Part shown: piece by piece, positions 33,701 to 46,200 of the stretch
Layout: every line of letters begins with the position of its first letter
Position numbering within the stretch: the first letter of the stretch is position 1
Assembly: GCA_964019335.1 (NCBI GenBank)
Contig: OZ025666.1
Span: forward strand, 558,001 to 622,000
DNA: 64,000 nucleotides
Direction: 5' to 3'
Origin: Diplonema japonicum
Lineage: Eukaryota > Protista > Euglenozoa: Diplonemea
Notes under the pieces: model-generated
What the model was told of the DNA's origin: nothing
Database searches by the model: none
Seen by the model: the letters and a program-made list of their open reading frames with translations, nothing else
Position numbers and translations under genes: made by a program

Positions 33701-34904
33701 GTCGGTCGCTCTCCTGCTGCATCTTCCTCGTCGCAACTCACCTTCGCTACAGACAGCTCGAAAGCTTCTGAATCGGGTTCTCAGTCTGCTGCCGCGTCTC
33801 CTTCGGTGTCTGCCTCACCATCTCCTTCTACATCTGCTTCACCATCTCCTTCCGCATCTGCCTCTCGATCTGCTTCTGTGTCTGATTCAGGTTCGCCCTC
33901 GGTGCAGTTCACCTACGCGCCGCCAACAAGCGCTTCTGCTTCCTCTCCAACGGCTTCTTCTTCGCTTGCGACCCCTCATCTCTTTGCTGCCTCTGCCGCG
34001 GAGCTATCCAACAAGTATGCAAAACTACGATTTTAAACACAACTACAGAAGCTCCCTCCTGTCACCGATATCACCCCAGGGCGATGCTACTTGGGACGAG
34101 GTAAGGGGCAAGGGCGTATAAACCACAAAACCCCTTAAAGAGCGACGACTGTTTGGATATGTTGGGGGAGGACGCCAAGGACGATGACGCAAGCATCCTG
34201 CCTGCTTTGGTGAAGGAAGAAGACATTGAAAAGCTCTTGAAGCTCCACCCGGAAAGCAAGGTGGCGAAGATGGCAACGTCGGTAGCGCAGTATCGTAACT
34301 GTGTGGCAGCTGCTCTTGGAGGAAAGAGGTCTGAGCAGTATTATGTAGAGGTGTGGGGGGTGGTAGTGGGGGAAAGGAAGCCGGTGTACTGCCATAGCGG
34401 GTACTTCTGTACCTTGGGAGGGACGGAGATGATGTTGCATGTGCTGGCTATCCCGGGTAGAAGCGGTGGTGAGAAGTACAAAGGAAAGCCCCCTATTGGA
34501 AAGATAGCTGTTGAAGGTTCAATGATGGAAGTGGTTGGGGACGTCAGCGTAGATGCGCTTCTTGAGGATTCGTCTATTCAGGTTTGTGTGCTTTTTAGTT
34601 TTTTTTTACCTCGTCCACACATAAACAGGATGGTTTCCATGCGTGCGTGCCCGTTCGCTTTGCTAAGAACAAAAAGCTGCAGAAGACCACTCTCTTCGTC
34701 CAGCTAGCATTCACAGACAGCAGCTCTACTCCTGTTGGCAGGCTGCACCCAGCTTCTGTCAGATTTGCGCTTTTCCCTGATCCCTCGTCTCTTCATGCTT
34801 CATCTCGTGCCCTTCTTAACCAGCGTAAGCTGCCCCTTCATCCTACACTTATCCACCTTTCGTCTCATAGTGCAAGGCATGCCCTGCAGTTCTATCCCCC
34901 GTGA
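30746..34904 (+). CDS. NHL-repeat beta-propeller, p25-alpha/EF-hand-like helical region, Ser/Pro-rich tail and C-terminal domain
   Basis: IADTGNHMVR, VTDTGNHSLR, VADKNNSRIR NHL repeats. Introns 34015-34048, 34101-34140 and 34582-34628 join the 30551, 34153 and 34647 ORFs into one frame. Confidence 0.8.
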
Positions 34905-35081
34905 TGCGTGTTAGAGTTTTATTTAAGATTCTTTTAGATACAAAATATTGTGTGTTTTTTTATCGCCCCCCCCCCGCCATTTTTGCTGCTTCCCTTCTCC
35001 CTTGTTTACGTTGGGACGGAGAAAAGAAAAAGAGGGGAAGGGAGACATCCTATTGCTGGTAATAATATAGCTATTATCATG

Positions 35082-35375
35082 CATAGCGCGTTATTTCGAA
35101 AACAGCACTCAATAGCGCTACGTGGCGTCACATAGCAACGTTGCTATTATTTTTTTGAACTGAAATGTTTGGCACTATGCTGGCTTTTTTTTGGCCCCAA
35201 AATTGATTTTTTTGAAAGCGTTTTCCTAGGCTTCTAATAGTGCCTTTTTATCTAGAAGCCCATCCCCACGCAATTATGTCTGAGCACCCTTTATCCCTTT
35301 TATTCATCCACGGCCGCCCAAATGTTTTTTTAAGACCAAAAGAAGGCGTCATTGATCACGTTATAACGCGCTATG
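35082..35375. mobile_element. Candidate MITE (~295 bp)
   Basis: Perfect 13-bp inverted repeat CATAGCGCGTTAT / ATAACGCGCTATG in AT-rich flanks, with internal ATAGC repeats. Confidence 0.4.
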
Positions 35376-35512
35376 TGTATTATAATTTTTCTTTTTTTTC
35401 TTTTGATATTTCTATCTCTGTACCGGCGACTTTTTTTTTTTTCTTTTGCTTTCCTCAACAAAAAAAAGAAAAAGAAAAGCACAAGAAAAGAACAAAGAGA
35501 GAATAATAAGAG

Positions 35513-37182
35513 ATGTCAGGTTTTGCGAATCAGAAAGGTACATCAAAGACCGGTGTGGATCACGACAAGGAGGCAGGGAAGAGGAGAGATGTGGCGGTAA
35601 CTCTGCGTCAGAAGAAGAAGGAGGAATTGCTTAGGGAGAAGAGGAGAAAGGAAAAGGAGGAACCTGAGTCTGATCAGCATGACATGGAGGAGAGTCACGA
35701 GGCGCAGAAGCAAAAGCTTCCGAGTCTTGCGAAGGACCTGTACGCGGGAACACCAGCAGAGCAGTACTTTGCCACACTGACGATTAGAAAGCTTCTATCC
35801 GCTGAGCACAACCCACCTATTGACAATGTGATAAACGAGAACTGCGTCCCGAAGCTTGTCGAGTTCCTCAAGCTGGACGAGCACCAGAACCTGCAGTTTG
35901 AAGCGTCCTGGGCGCTCACCAACATCGCTAGCGGTACCTCTGAACACACCCTCGTCGTTATTCACTCAGGTGCCGTGCCTGAGTTCATCAGGCTTCTTGG
36001 CAGCTCCTCAGAGGACGTGCGGGAGCAGTCTGTCTGGGCGCTGGGCAACATTGCGGGCGACTCTGCCAAATGCCGTGACCTCGTCCTCAGCCACCAGATC
36101 CTTCAAGCACTTCTCAAGATCATCCACTCGGACCCTAAGATCACCACCCTTAGGAACGCCACTTGGTGCCTGTCCAACCTCTTCCGTGGTAAGCCCATCC
36201 CTGCCTTCGAAATGATCGAGCCTGCCCTCAACACCCTCGCCCAGCTCGTCCACCACACTGACGACGAAGTGGTCGCAGACGCCTGCTGGGCCGTCAGCTA
36301 CGCGAGCGACGGTCCCAACGAAAGGATCGAAGCCGTTCTGAACCTCAACCTCGTCTCGAGGCTCGTTGCCCTGCTGGGCATGCACCAGTTCACCATCCTC
36401 TGCCCCGCCCTGAGGACCATCGGGAACATCGTCACCGGTAACGACCAACAGACGCAGAAGGTACGCCATATTGGAAATAATAAAAAAGAAAAAAAAAAAA
36501 AAAACACAGATGCTTGACGCAGGCATCCTGCCCAGCCTCTGCTCGCTGATGAACCACTCGAAGAGGAACGTGAAGAAGGAGTGCTGCTGGGCAATTAGGT
36601 AAGTTAAAGAAAAAAAAAGGGGGAATGTAATTTTATTTCTCTCTTAGCAACATCACTGCCGGAACAAAGCCGCAGATCCAGGCTGTGATCGATGCAGGGC
36701 TGTGCCCGTTGATCGTAAAGGCATTGGACGCGGCGGAGTTCGAAGTGAAGAAGGAGGCGATGTGGGCGATTTCGAACCTAACGAACGGTGGGACTAAGGA
36801 GCAGATCTACCAGGTGGTGTCGGCAGGGTGCATTCCCCCGATGAAAGCTTTCTTGGAGATCCAGGACGCAAGACTGCTGGCTGTGGTGTTAGAGGGGCTG
36901 GAAAACATCCTCGCATCTGGCGTGGACATGGTAAAGGTATGAAGTTCAATTCTGCCTCTTTTTAAAATACTGCAGGAGCACGGTGGGACTAACGAGTACG
37001 TGCAGGCACTGAAGCTCTGCGGCGGCTTGGATGCCATTGAGGTCCTCCAAGCGTCGCAGAACGACGACGTCTATCAGAAGGCTGTCTCCATCATCAAAAA
37101 CTACTTCGAGGAAGATATGGAAAAGGAGCCTGTGAGCGAGAATCCCTTCACCCACCAGCCCACCCAGCAATTCAGCTTTTAG
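35513..37182 (+). CDS. Importin alpha
   Basis: IBB (RRDVAVTLRQKKKEELLREKRR), QFEASWALTNIASG and EQSVWALGNIAGD ARM repeats, C-terminal QQFSF. Introns 36461-36509, 36599-36647, 36937-36975. Confidence 0.95.
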
Positions 37183-37252
37183 ACAAAAAAAAAAAAAGAA
37201 TAGAATATTCCTCTCCCTCCCCCGTTCTAAAGAAAAATATTCATATTCATTT

Positions 37253-37286
<34 letters not shown>

Positions 37287-38238
37287 CTAACCCATGGGAT
37301 CAATTTTTTTTTTTCCGTATGTTGTCTTCTGTTTTTTTTTTTTTCTTTGTGCTACAGCTGCTCTTGTGTTTTTTTTTTTTTCCCTTTCCGGTTACGAATG
37401 GCAGGAGAGAGGAAAAATGGGGGACCCCGGTAACAGGGAATCATCGATGATGAGTTGAGATAAGATTGTACGCAATTCTCAACTGCTGATGGACATGGGG
37501 GATGGGGCGGAGAATCTAAAAGAAAGAATGGAAAGAACAAGACAGAAGAAGAAAAAAAACGACAATTTTTTTTTGGGGGGGAAAAGAACTTAGAATTTTT
37601 TTGATTGTAAATAGGGAGAGGTGGCTTTTCAGAGGAAATGCTATTAATTTTTCTTTACAATTTACTCTGTCTCTGAATAGGAGGGTGTGGTAAAGGTTTT
37701 ATTTTATTCCCTTTCGTAGATTCATTTCCCCCCCTCCCACCCTTTTTTTTTATATTTCTCTGAAGGTCTCCCCTAAGTGCGCGCAGAAAAGAAAAGAATA
37801 TAAAGAAGATAAAATGTATCTTTCCTACCCTCAACACAGACCCGGGACCCCGGTTAGCCCTAACATGTTTTAATTCCCCACCCTCCCACCCTCCCACCTG
37901 GGACACACAAGGTCATATAAGAAAATAGGATGGACCTGAGAACGAACTTCTCGGGATTGTTTTCTTTTCTCTTTCTCTCCTCCGGCTATTTTCCCCCGTT
38001 GCCACCTTTTTTTTTTTTTTTTTTTTTTTTTTGCAGTACAAACAAGAGAGCACAGAAACACAACAACGCCCCCCTCCCCCCTCCCCCGGCACCACCCACC
38101 CACTCCGGTATTTTTTTTCCTCCTCATTTATTTTTTTTTTGTTTTATTCTTATCATATAGTGTCCCCCCCCCCCCTCTCCCCCCGGGATCTTTTTTATTT
38201 ACCCAAAAAAAAAGAACGAGAGAAAATAAAAATACAAT

Positions 38239-39051
38239 ATGCCCGCTCGGCCACGCGGAGTGGACTTGGAAAAAGAAGCAAGTAAGCGAAAGAGGTCCAC
38301 GGTGAGCCTGCGGCAACAGGCACGAGATGCCCGAGTACAAAGAGCACGTGAAGAAGAAGAAGACATGGCATCCGCACTCGCGAAGTTCAAGGAAGGAATG
38401 CACAACGGAGGACTCCACCCAAAGGACATGATAAACATCATAGCAAGACACGTCGATGCAGAGGAGGACGAGGTCGAAGAGATCGTCCAATGTGGTGGGA
38501 TAGTATACCTCAAGGCAGCATTGGAGAGCCCCGACAACACGCTGGCAAAGGATGCAGTATGGGCTCTTGGGAACATCATGGCCAGTGGGGTACAGTATGT
38601 CAACATGGTATATGACGCAGAGGTGTTGCCCTGCATTGTAAATGTCCTTGCCAAGGGCCCATTCACCGCCAGAAAGGAAGCTATCTGGGCACTTTATAAC
38701 CTCACTGAAGAAGGGCAAGGCCACCATGTGGACGCAATCGTCCACCTCGGTGCTATCCCGCACCTCCTGGAGCTCCTCACCGTCCCTGATATCACGGCCA
38801 TCACCCCATCGCTTTCTACCCTCTACAACATTCTTTGGTGGGGAGCATCATGTGACCATGACCGGTACAAGTACAAGAATATCTTCGATAGCCTTGGAGG
38901 CTACGACACTGTGGACAGGCTGCAGGACCATAGAAGTGCTGACGTCGCTGAAGAGGCATCACGGATAGCAGACGCGCTGATCTTGCAGGACCGGGAACAG
39001 ACACAACATTCTGACGGGGCGCTTCTTGCCCCGGGACAGTTCTGCTTTTAA
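38239..39051 (+). CDS. Short divergent importin-alpha-like protein
   Basis: IBB-like KRKRSTVSLRQQAR, only about 4 ARM repeats (AVWALGNI, RKEAIWALYNLT), C-terminal GQFCF. Intronless, 270 aa. Confidence 0.8.
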   Translation: MPARPRGVDLEKEASKRKRSTVSLRQQARDARVQRAREEEEDMASALAKFKEGMHNGGLHPKDMINIIARHVDAEEDEVEEIVQCGGIVYLKAALESPDNTLAKDAVWALGNIMASGVQYVNMVYDAEVLPCIVNVLAKGPFTARKEAIWALYNLTEEGQGHHVDAIVHLGAIPHLLELLTVPDITAITPSLSTLYNILWWGASCDHDRYKYKNIFDSLGGYDTVDRLQDHRSADVAEEASRIADALILQDREQTQHSDGALLAPGQFCF

Positions 39052-39156
39052 GAAGAAAAAAAGAGTTTTCGTTCTTCTTTTTTTATTTGAGAACGCAAAA
39101 AAAGGGAAGCCCCCTCCACAGGAAGGTGGAGGGGAAGGAGAATAACAAAAGGAAAG

Positions 39157-40200
39157 ATGGAAGGCGGTACACAAACACTGCAGCTTCAGAAGCTCCAGAA
39201 GCGTGAGCAGCTTGAAAGCAGAATGGTGCACGGGTGGATATCCGACGAAAAGATGAAGGAGATCGAAAGACGCGGGATGGCGTTGATCCCTCCTCTCAAC
39301 TGGGAGAATCCTGGAAGGGGTTTAGACATCGTCCCCAGTGATGAAGACATCGAGGCGTACCTGAAGTGGTTCTTCACAGCAATGGGGATGCCTGTGGAAG
39401 GTGCCAAGGATAGAGACAGGCACTTTGCAAGGGACGCGTTGATGTTTGGACTCCCCGCAAGGTGGTACTGCTTCAGGATGGTCCACGAGGAAGGGTGTCC
39501 GTTGTTCTACTACAACTTCCACACCGGCGAGAGTCTGTGGACCCCGCCGCACGGGCTTCGCACACACGCAGAGGCGTATGAAAGGCTTTTGAGATATTAC
39601 AAAATCGAAGCCTCCGCCCCTTCCCAGGAGGAGGCCATTGACTCCTCGCACGAAGATTTGATATCAGCAGCATGGGAAGAACGAGGAGAACCACGCTTAG
39701 TTAATCAGAATCACCCAGAGCCTGCTCCCATCCGTGCTGTTGAGGAGCCAAGTTGCTCTTACATGGAACGGGTTGCGAAGGGTGTCGGGGTGTGCATGCT
39801 GGCGGGAGCGGGGTTGGGTGCTGTCACTGGTGTGTTGCTGATGCACAGTGCGATATCCGGGGCTGCAGTTGGTGCCTTTTCAGGCATTGGTGTGATGGTA
39901 GTCCAGCAGGATAGAGAACAGACAGCAGGCTATCCTACCCGTCACTCGGAAGCCCCTCGAAACGCAGGTGCAGAACACCTCCCACATAATCCCCAACCTG
40001 AGGAAAAGACCTATTACACAATCAATAACGGTCTCAAGACACGACACAGCATTCGCGAGAACGACGATGCAAGCGGCAGAATTGTCTGGACCGAAGGTGG
40101 CGGTGCCATCCCTCTCTCCTTTGCCTACATCACCAACGGTGCTACTTACCACACATCGCAGTACACTGAACACGAGAACATAGCTTCTGATACTCACTGA
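39157..40200 (+). CDS. CEP164-like WW-module protein with Gly-rich hydrophobic hairpin
   Basis: PSDEDIEAYL...ARDALMFGLPARW...FYYNFHTGESLWTPP, then GAGLGAVTGVLL...GAAVGAFSGIG. Confidence 0.7.
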   Translation: MEGGTQTLQLQKLQKREQLESRMVHGWISDEKMKEIERRGMALIPPLNWENPGRGLDIVPSDEDIEAYLKWFFTAMGMPVEGAKDRDRHFARDALMFGLPARWYCFRMVHEEGCPLFYYNFHTGESLWTPPHGLRTHAEAYERLLRYYKIEASAPSQEEAIDSSHEDLISAAWEERGEPRLVNQNHPEPAPIRAVEEPSCSYMERVAKGVGVCMLAGAGLGAVTGVLLMHSAISGAAVGAFSGIGVMVVQQDREQTAGYPTRHSEAPRNAGAEHLPHNPQPEEKTYYTINNGLKTRHSIRENDDASGRIVWTEGGGAIPLSFAYITNGATYHTSQYTEHENIASDTH

Positions 40201-40298
40201 GAATTGTATTGTAAAAGAATTTCTTTCCGAGCAGTTTCAACAGGAAGAAAAACAGAGGAGCGGTTGGGAAGAGAATAAAAAAAGGGGGGGGGAGCAAA

Positions 40299-43200
40299 AT
40301 GAAGACGCAAACCCTGGTGCTGTTTGGGATCATATTAGGGTTCCTCTGCTTTGGTTACACGCAGTTCGCCGGTAAGGGCGATCAGAATGCGGAGCTGGGT
40401 TTTGCAGTCTCGAAGATACAAGGTATGGTTCTTACTTTTGACCTGTCGACCTGAATTAACAGCGTTGAAGAAGGAACTAGAAGGAGCGAACACCGCGTCC
40501 AGCAAGTTTCAGGAAGAGTCCATGAGAATGAAACATGAGGCAGATGCTGTTAGGGTATGCCGGGGGAGTTTAATGTTCAAATCTCACTAGGAATCGAAGA
40601 CATCGCTGGAGGTCGAAATCGGGCCTCTTCGGATACTGCAGGTGGAGCAGCAGAAGGCTGCGGTATGTTCGCTAGCGGTAACAGGTTCTGGAAACCATTT
40701 TATTTACAGAGTGAATTGGAAGAAGCGAAGTCAGAGATTAAGAAATTAAATAAGAAGCTACAAGACACCGAGACCCTTGTTGATCAAGAGAAGCTGGTCA
40801 GCAAGAAATCCGAGGACGCCCTTGAGGACCTCTGGGTATGCTGCCCCATCAACACACCACTGTACAGGTGACGCACAACAGTACAAAGGAGAACCTACGC
40901 ATTCTGATGTCCGGCGTCAGCGCCGACACAAGGAAGCAGTCTGAGTGTGAAGCCAAGACTTCCGAGCTAGAGCGTTCCCTCGGCACCGCCCATACAGTGC
41001 AGACTAAGCTCAACGCCGAGGTTCAATCTGAGGCAGAACGTGCCAAGGACTTTGAAGACAAGTACTTCGCTGTGAAGTCCGACCTTGCCGTCGTTGCAAA
41101 GGAGAACGCTTTTCTCAAAAACAGAATCGAGATCTTCGAGGCGGAGGCCGACCGCCACGTCTTGAAGGGCGACAGGCAGACACGCCGCAAGAACCTCATT
41201 GAAGAAGAGAAGCAACGCGCCCTCAACAGAGCCCTCGACCCAGACCTCGCGAAGCCCATTGAGGCAGTTACGTGGAACATTGCCGCTGTGAACAACAACC
41301 CTTTCGAGTACTGGATCTCCGGTACAGAGGAGTACAACAAGCTGATGGACAACGTTGCCAACTTCATCACGTCGCCTGGGGAGCTGGACATCCCTGTTTC
41401 GAAGGTGTTCACGCAAGACATGTGGGAGGACTTAAAGCAGACGATGAAGCAAATCGGGTGGGAAGGAGTGGACAAAGTGGGTACTCTGTGGGAAGAGAAC
41501 TACAAGGGAAGGCGCATCATCTCGGAGCTGATGAAGGATGCCTCCATTGGGAAGAAGCGATTGGCGTCGATGCCTGACCGTGTTACCAACACCATTGTCA
41601 CGACTACAGGCCTCGCCATGCGACCCACTGTCATCAACTGCTACGAGGGGAGCATCGCACAGATGGACAAGTGGTGGAGTGCATGGAAGAAGTTCATGTT
41701 CTCGCGTGAACTGGAAGTCATCGGAAGGAGGAAGAAGAGGGAGAAGAAGTTTGGATACGAACTCTTGAAGTCCATCAAGCGTGCTAAGTACCCTGCGGTG
41801 ACAGAAGAGGAAGAGGCGATCAGTTTACCTTTACAGACATTGGTAGGGGCCATATTTGATGCTATTCTGGTCCACATTATGAACCATGCCGCCCCCAATG
41901 TATGGGAGGACATTCGGGCTGAGATGTGCGACAAACTGAACAAGGGCAAGAACGATCGTGTCGTTGGCATTATTGCGAACACATACAACACGGCCAATGC
42001 TGTGTTCCTGCAAGAGGTGTCGGGTGACTTCGAGAAGGCGGTCAAGAAGTCTGAGATTCTGGACACCTTTGAGGTGTACCTCTCTGAGAAAGCTGATGAT
42101 GCGCGTAACCAGAACTCTGTAATCTTGCTGAGCAAGGGGACATATAAGCACATCGAGGAGGTGACAGAGCTCATTGTGCAGGAGATGCCTCCTGGCACAG
42201 TCGCCAACGGAGACCTTCTTGCGATCACTTGCGAAACTAGAGAAGGTGTTCCTTACCTCTTTGCCTCCTTCCACGGTGACACAAACGGCCTCGCCACGAT
42301 CCCTGTGGTGGAGGCGATGCACAAGTACGCCTCGTCATTGACAATGCCCCACAAGCTTGTTTTCGGAATGGATGCGAACACATACCAGCACCCATCCCCG
42401 GACCAGCAGGGCTTGGAGAGCTTTGCAAAGTTCTACGTCAGCAAGAACCTCACAACATGCTACGGCGACAACCCGAACCCTGCGAACTACACTACGTTCC
42501 ACGCCAGGACACACTTGCAGACGCAGTTGAACAAGGCAGTTGCTATCAAGGACAGGGATGAGCTCGGGGACAAGAACCCCAAGGACAACATCATGTTCTT
42601 CAAGAAGGACTTTGTGACTGTTTCCACTACCAAGGACAACACGGGCGAGAAGTTGTACAAGGAGGGAATGGTGTTCCCCACCCTGACCTTCCCTTCGGAC
42701 CACGGCATCACAAGCACTGTCATGAAGTACCCGTCGCAGGCGGACATCAGGAAGTTGGAACAAGCAAAGAACAACGAGAAGGTCGCGAAGACGAGGAGTT
42801 TCATGGAAGTCGTTAGCTGGAACGTGGCCAGCATGACGGAGAACCCGTTCGAGTACTGGATGTCTGGGTCAGAGAGCTACAACAAGATCATGGACAACGT
42901 AGCTAGTTTGCTGGTGTCGCCGAGTGACTTCAACGTCCCCGTGAAGAAGGTGTTCACACAAGACATGTGGGAGGAACTTCGCTCTGCGATGAAGGCGACC
43001 GGCTGGAAGGGAATCGACGAAGTGACGAGCATCTGGGAAGGATACCGAGAGAAGAGGATCATTACAGGGATCCTACTCGATAGGACGCTCATCGACAAGA
43101 AGCTCATCATCGGGTTCGACCAGATGACGAACACCCTGAACCATGGAGACGAGGTGCTAATGAGGCCGTCCGTTATCAACTGCTACGAGGGTAGCCTTGA

Positions 43201-46200
43201 GAGCACCGAGAAGTGGTGGTCGGCGTGGAAGAACTTCACCTTTAAAAACGAGTTCGGAGGGATGGCGCCGTGGCAGAGGCTCGCACACTTGAAGAGTGAG
43301 AACATCCCCGCATTGACGGCAGAGGAGGAACAGGTGTCCCAGCCTCTTCAAACAATGCTAGGTGCCATCTACGATGCAGTGTTGGTGCACCTCATGAACC
43401 ACGTGGCGCCGACTGCATGGGAGACGCTTCGTACTGAGATGTGCAATGACCTCCTCAAGACGCGAATCAAGCGCGTAGCAAGCATCCTCAGCACGTCATA
43501 CAGCGCAGCAGATGTGGTGCTTCTGCAGGACGCACCTGCGGACTTCGTCAAATTCGTGAAGAGCTCGCCCATTCCAGACTACTTCGATGTCTATTCACCC
43601 GAACGCCAAGGGAGTGCGAACTCCGTTATTTTCCTCAGAAAAGGGAAGTTCGAAAACGTGGCAGAAGCGACGAGTGACGTTGCGAGACACCTTTCCCCCT
43701 TGGCGCGAGAAGCCCTCTTGGATGGAGAACTTCTTGCGGTCACTGCCACAGGGCTGACATCCGGGGAGAAGTACCTGCTTACGTCTTTCCGTGCGACTGC
43801 TCAGCGCAACATTCTTTTATCTGTTCAGGACGCCATCAAGAAGCACGCTGACCAGAACCACATCAAGCACCACATCCTTGGTGCCGAAACGGCGGCCCTT
43901 GAGAACCCAACTGCGGGCGACATCGACATGAGCGCTATCACCGCGTACATCGCAGAGAATGGCCTTGGCACTTCCTTCGGCCCTCGCCCTGACCCTATGA
44001 ATGTCACCATGCTCACAGGTCGCACATACTTGCAACCCAGAACGAACAAAGCCCTCCAATATAAGGAGATCTCTTCCAAGGGGGAGAGCGGTCTCAAGGA
44101 TCTAATCTTCTTCCCATACTCCCACTTTTCGTCCGTGCTGACGACGAAGGACAACACTGGTCGCAGGGTGTTTGCTGAAGAGACTATTTTCCCCACGGCA
44201 GAGTTCCCCTCCATGCACAGCATCACAAGCACCATTCTGCAGCACAAGGCACGCCCGGCGCTGCCTGCCGCCAACTCATCTGACATCAGTACCGCGACGT
44301 GGAACATTGCCGCTGTGAACAACAACCCTTTCGAGTACTGGATCTCCGGTACAGAGGAGTACAACAAGCTGATGGACAACGTTGCCAACTTCATCACGTC
44401 GCCTGGGGAGCTGGACATCCCTGTTTCGAAGGTGTTCACGCAAGACATGTGGGAGGACTTAAAGCAGACGATGAAGCAAATCGGGTGGGAAGGAGTGGAC
44501 AAAGTGGGTACTCTGTGGGAAGAGAACTACAAGGGAAGGCGCATCATCTCGGAGCTGATGAAGGATGCCTCCATTGGGAAGAAGCGATTGGCGTCGATGC
44601 CTGACCGTGTTACCAACACCATTGTCACGACTACAGGCCTCGCCATGCGACCCACTGTCATCAACTGCTACGAGGGGAGCATCGCACAGATGGACAAGTG
44701 GTGGAGTGCATGGAAGAACTTTATGTTCCACACGACTGTTTCCGTGCCGTCTAAGGGTTCAGCTAAAAGCTTGCTTGTTGCAAAGCTGTTGAAGCCCATC
44801 AAGCGTGCTAAGTACCCTGCGGTGACAGAAGAGGAAGAGGCGATCAGTTTACCTTTACAGACATTGGTAGGGGCCATATTTGATGCTATTCTGGTCCACA
44901 TTATGAACCATGCCGCCTCCAACGGGTGGGAACGTATACGGGCTGAGATGTGCGACAAGCTGAACCTCAACAAGGAGGTCAATCTTGCGGAGATTATCAA
45001 CAGAAGCTACTACACCTCAGATGTCCTGTTTTTGCAAGAAGTGGGGTCTGGGCTGTTGAAGATCCCTCTACTGTCGTCGGACTTTACGATCCGCAAGCCT
45101 GAGAAGTGGGACTCGGCGCGTAACCAGAACTCTGTCATCCTGCTAAGGAAGCACGAATGGAGCCACGTTAAGGAGGTTACGACTCGCGTCATGCAGCACA
45201 TCGCAGGCAGCGCCCCTGTCGCAGACGGTGACCTGTTCGTGCTTGCAGCCTCGAGGATCGAGAACGGAGTACCCGTCAGGTATCTCTTTGCCTCCTTCCA
45301 CGGTGACACAAACGGCCTCGCCACGATCCCCGTGGTGGAGGCAGTGCACAAGTACGCCTCGTCATTGACACCACACCACAAGCTTGTTTTCGGAATGGAT
45401 GCGAACACATACCAGCACCCATCCCCAGACCAGCAGGGCTTGGAAGACTTTGCAAAGTTCTATGTCAGCAAGAACCTCACAACATGCTACGGCGACAACC
45501 CGAACCCTGCGAACTACACTACGTTCCACGCCAGGACACACTTGCAGACACAGCTGAACAAGGCAGTTGCTATCAAGGACAGGGATGAGCTCGGGGACAA
45601 GAACCCCAAGGACAACATCATGTTCTTCAAGAAGGACTTTGTGACTGTTTCCACTACCAAGGACAACACGGGCAATAGACGCTACGAGGAAGGGATGGTG
45701 TTCCCCACCTTGGCCTTCCCTTCGGACCACGGCATCACAAGCACGGTGCTGAGGCCGAACGAAGCGAAGAAGAAGAAGTTGTCGATGGTGTCGTGGGACA
45801 CAAGTCCTATCATGCATGCGCTTGACTACCCAGCACATGAGCTGCCTGACTACGACACGATGGAGGAAGAGTGGAAGAAGGGGATCACAGCCACGACGTT
45901 GGTAAACACAATCCTGACAAGCGAGATGGTCGAAGAACTGAGAACAAAGGTGGGCGCGATGCACTGGGACGTGTCGAACGTGGACCACACGTGGGAGAGC
46001 ATTAAGTCGAACACCATTGCAGAGTTCTACGAGAGACGGAAGCGATGCGGCGTGGCGGACAGCGTGACGCGTCAGGTTGGCGAGAAAAGAAGACCCAGCG
46101 TCCTAACATGCACAAGTGGTGGGTGGAAGGAGTGGCTGGAGTACATGTTCACCGCAGGGGAGGACAACGTGGTACCTGCAAGGCTTATCAAAAACAGTGA

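Noticed and set aside
34153-34707. Separate 184-aa gene
   Set aside because: Joins the upstream NHL gene through two in-frame GT-AG introns.
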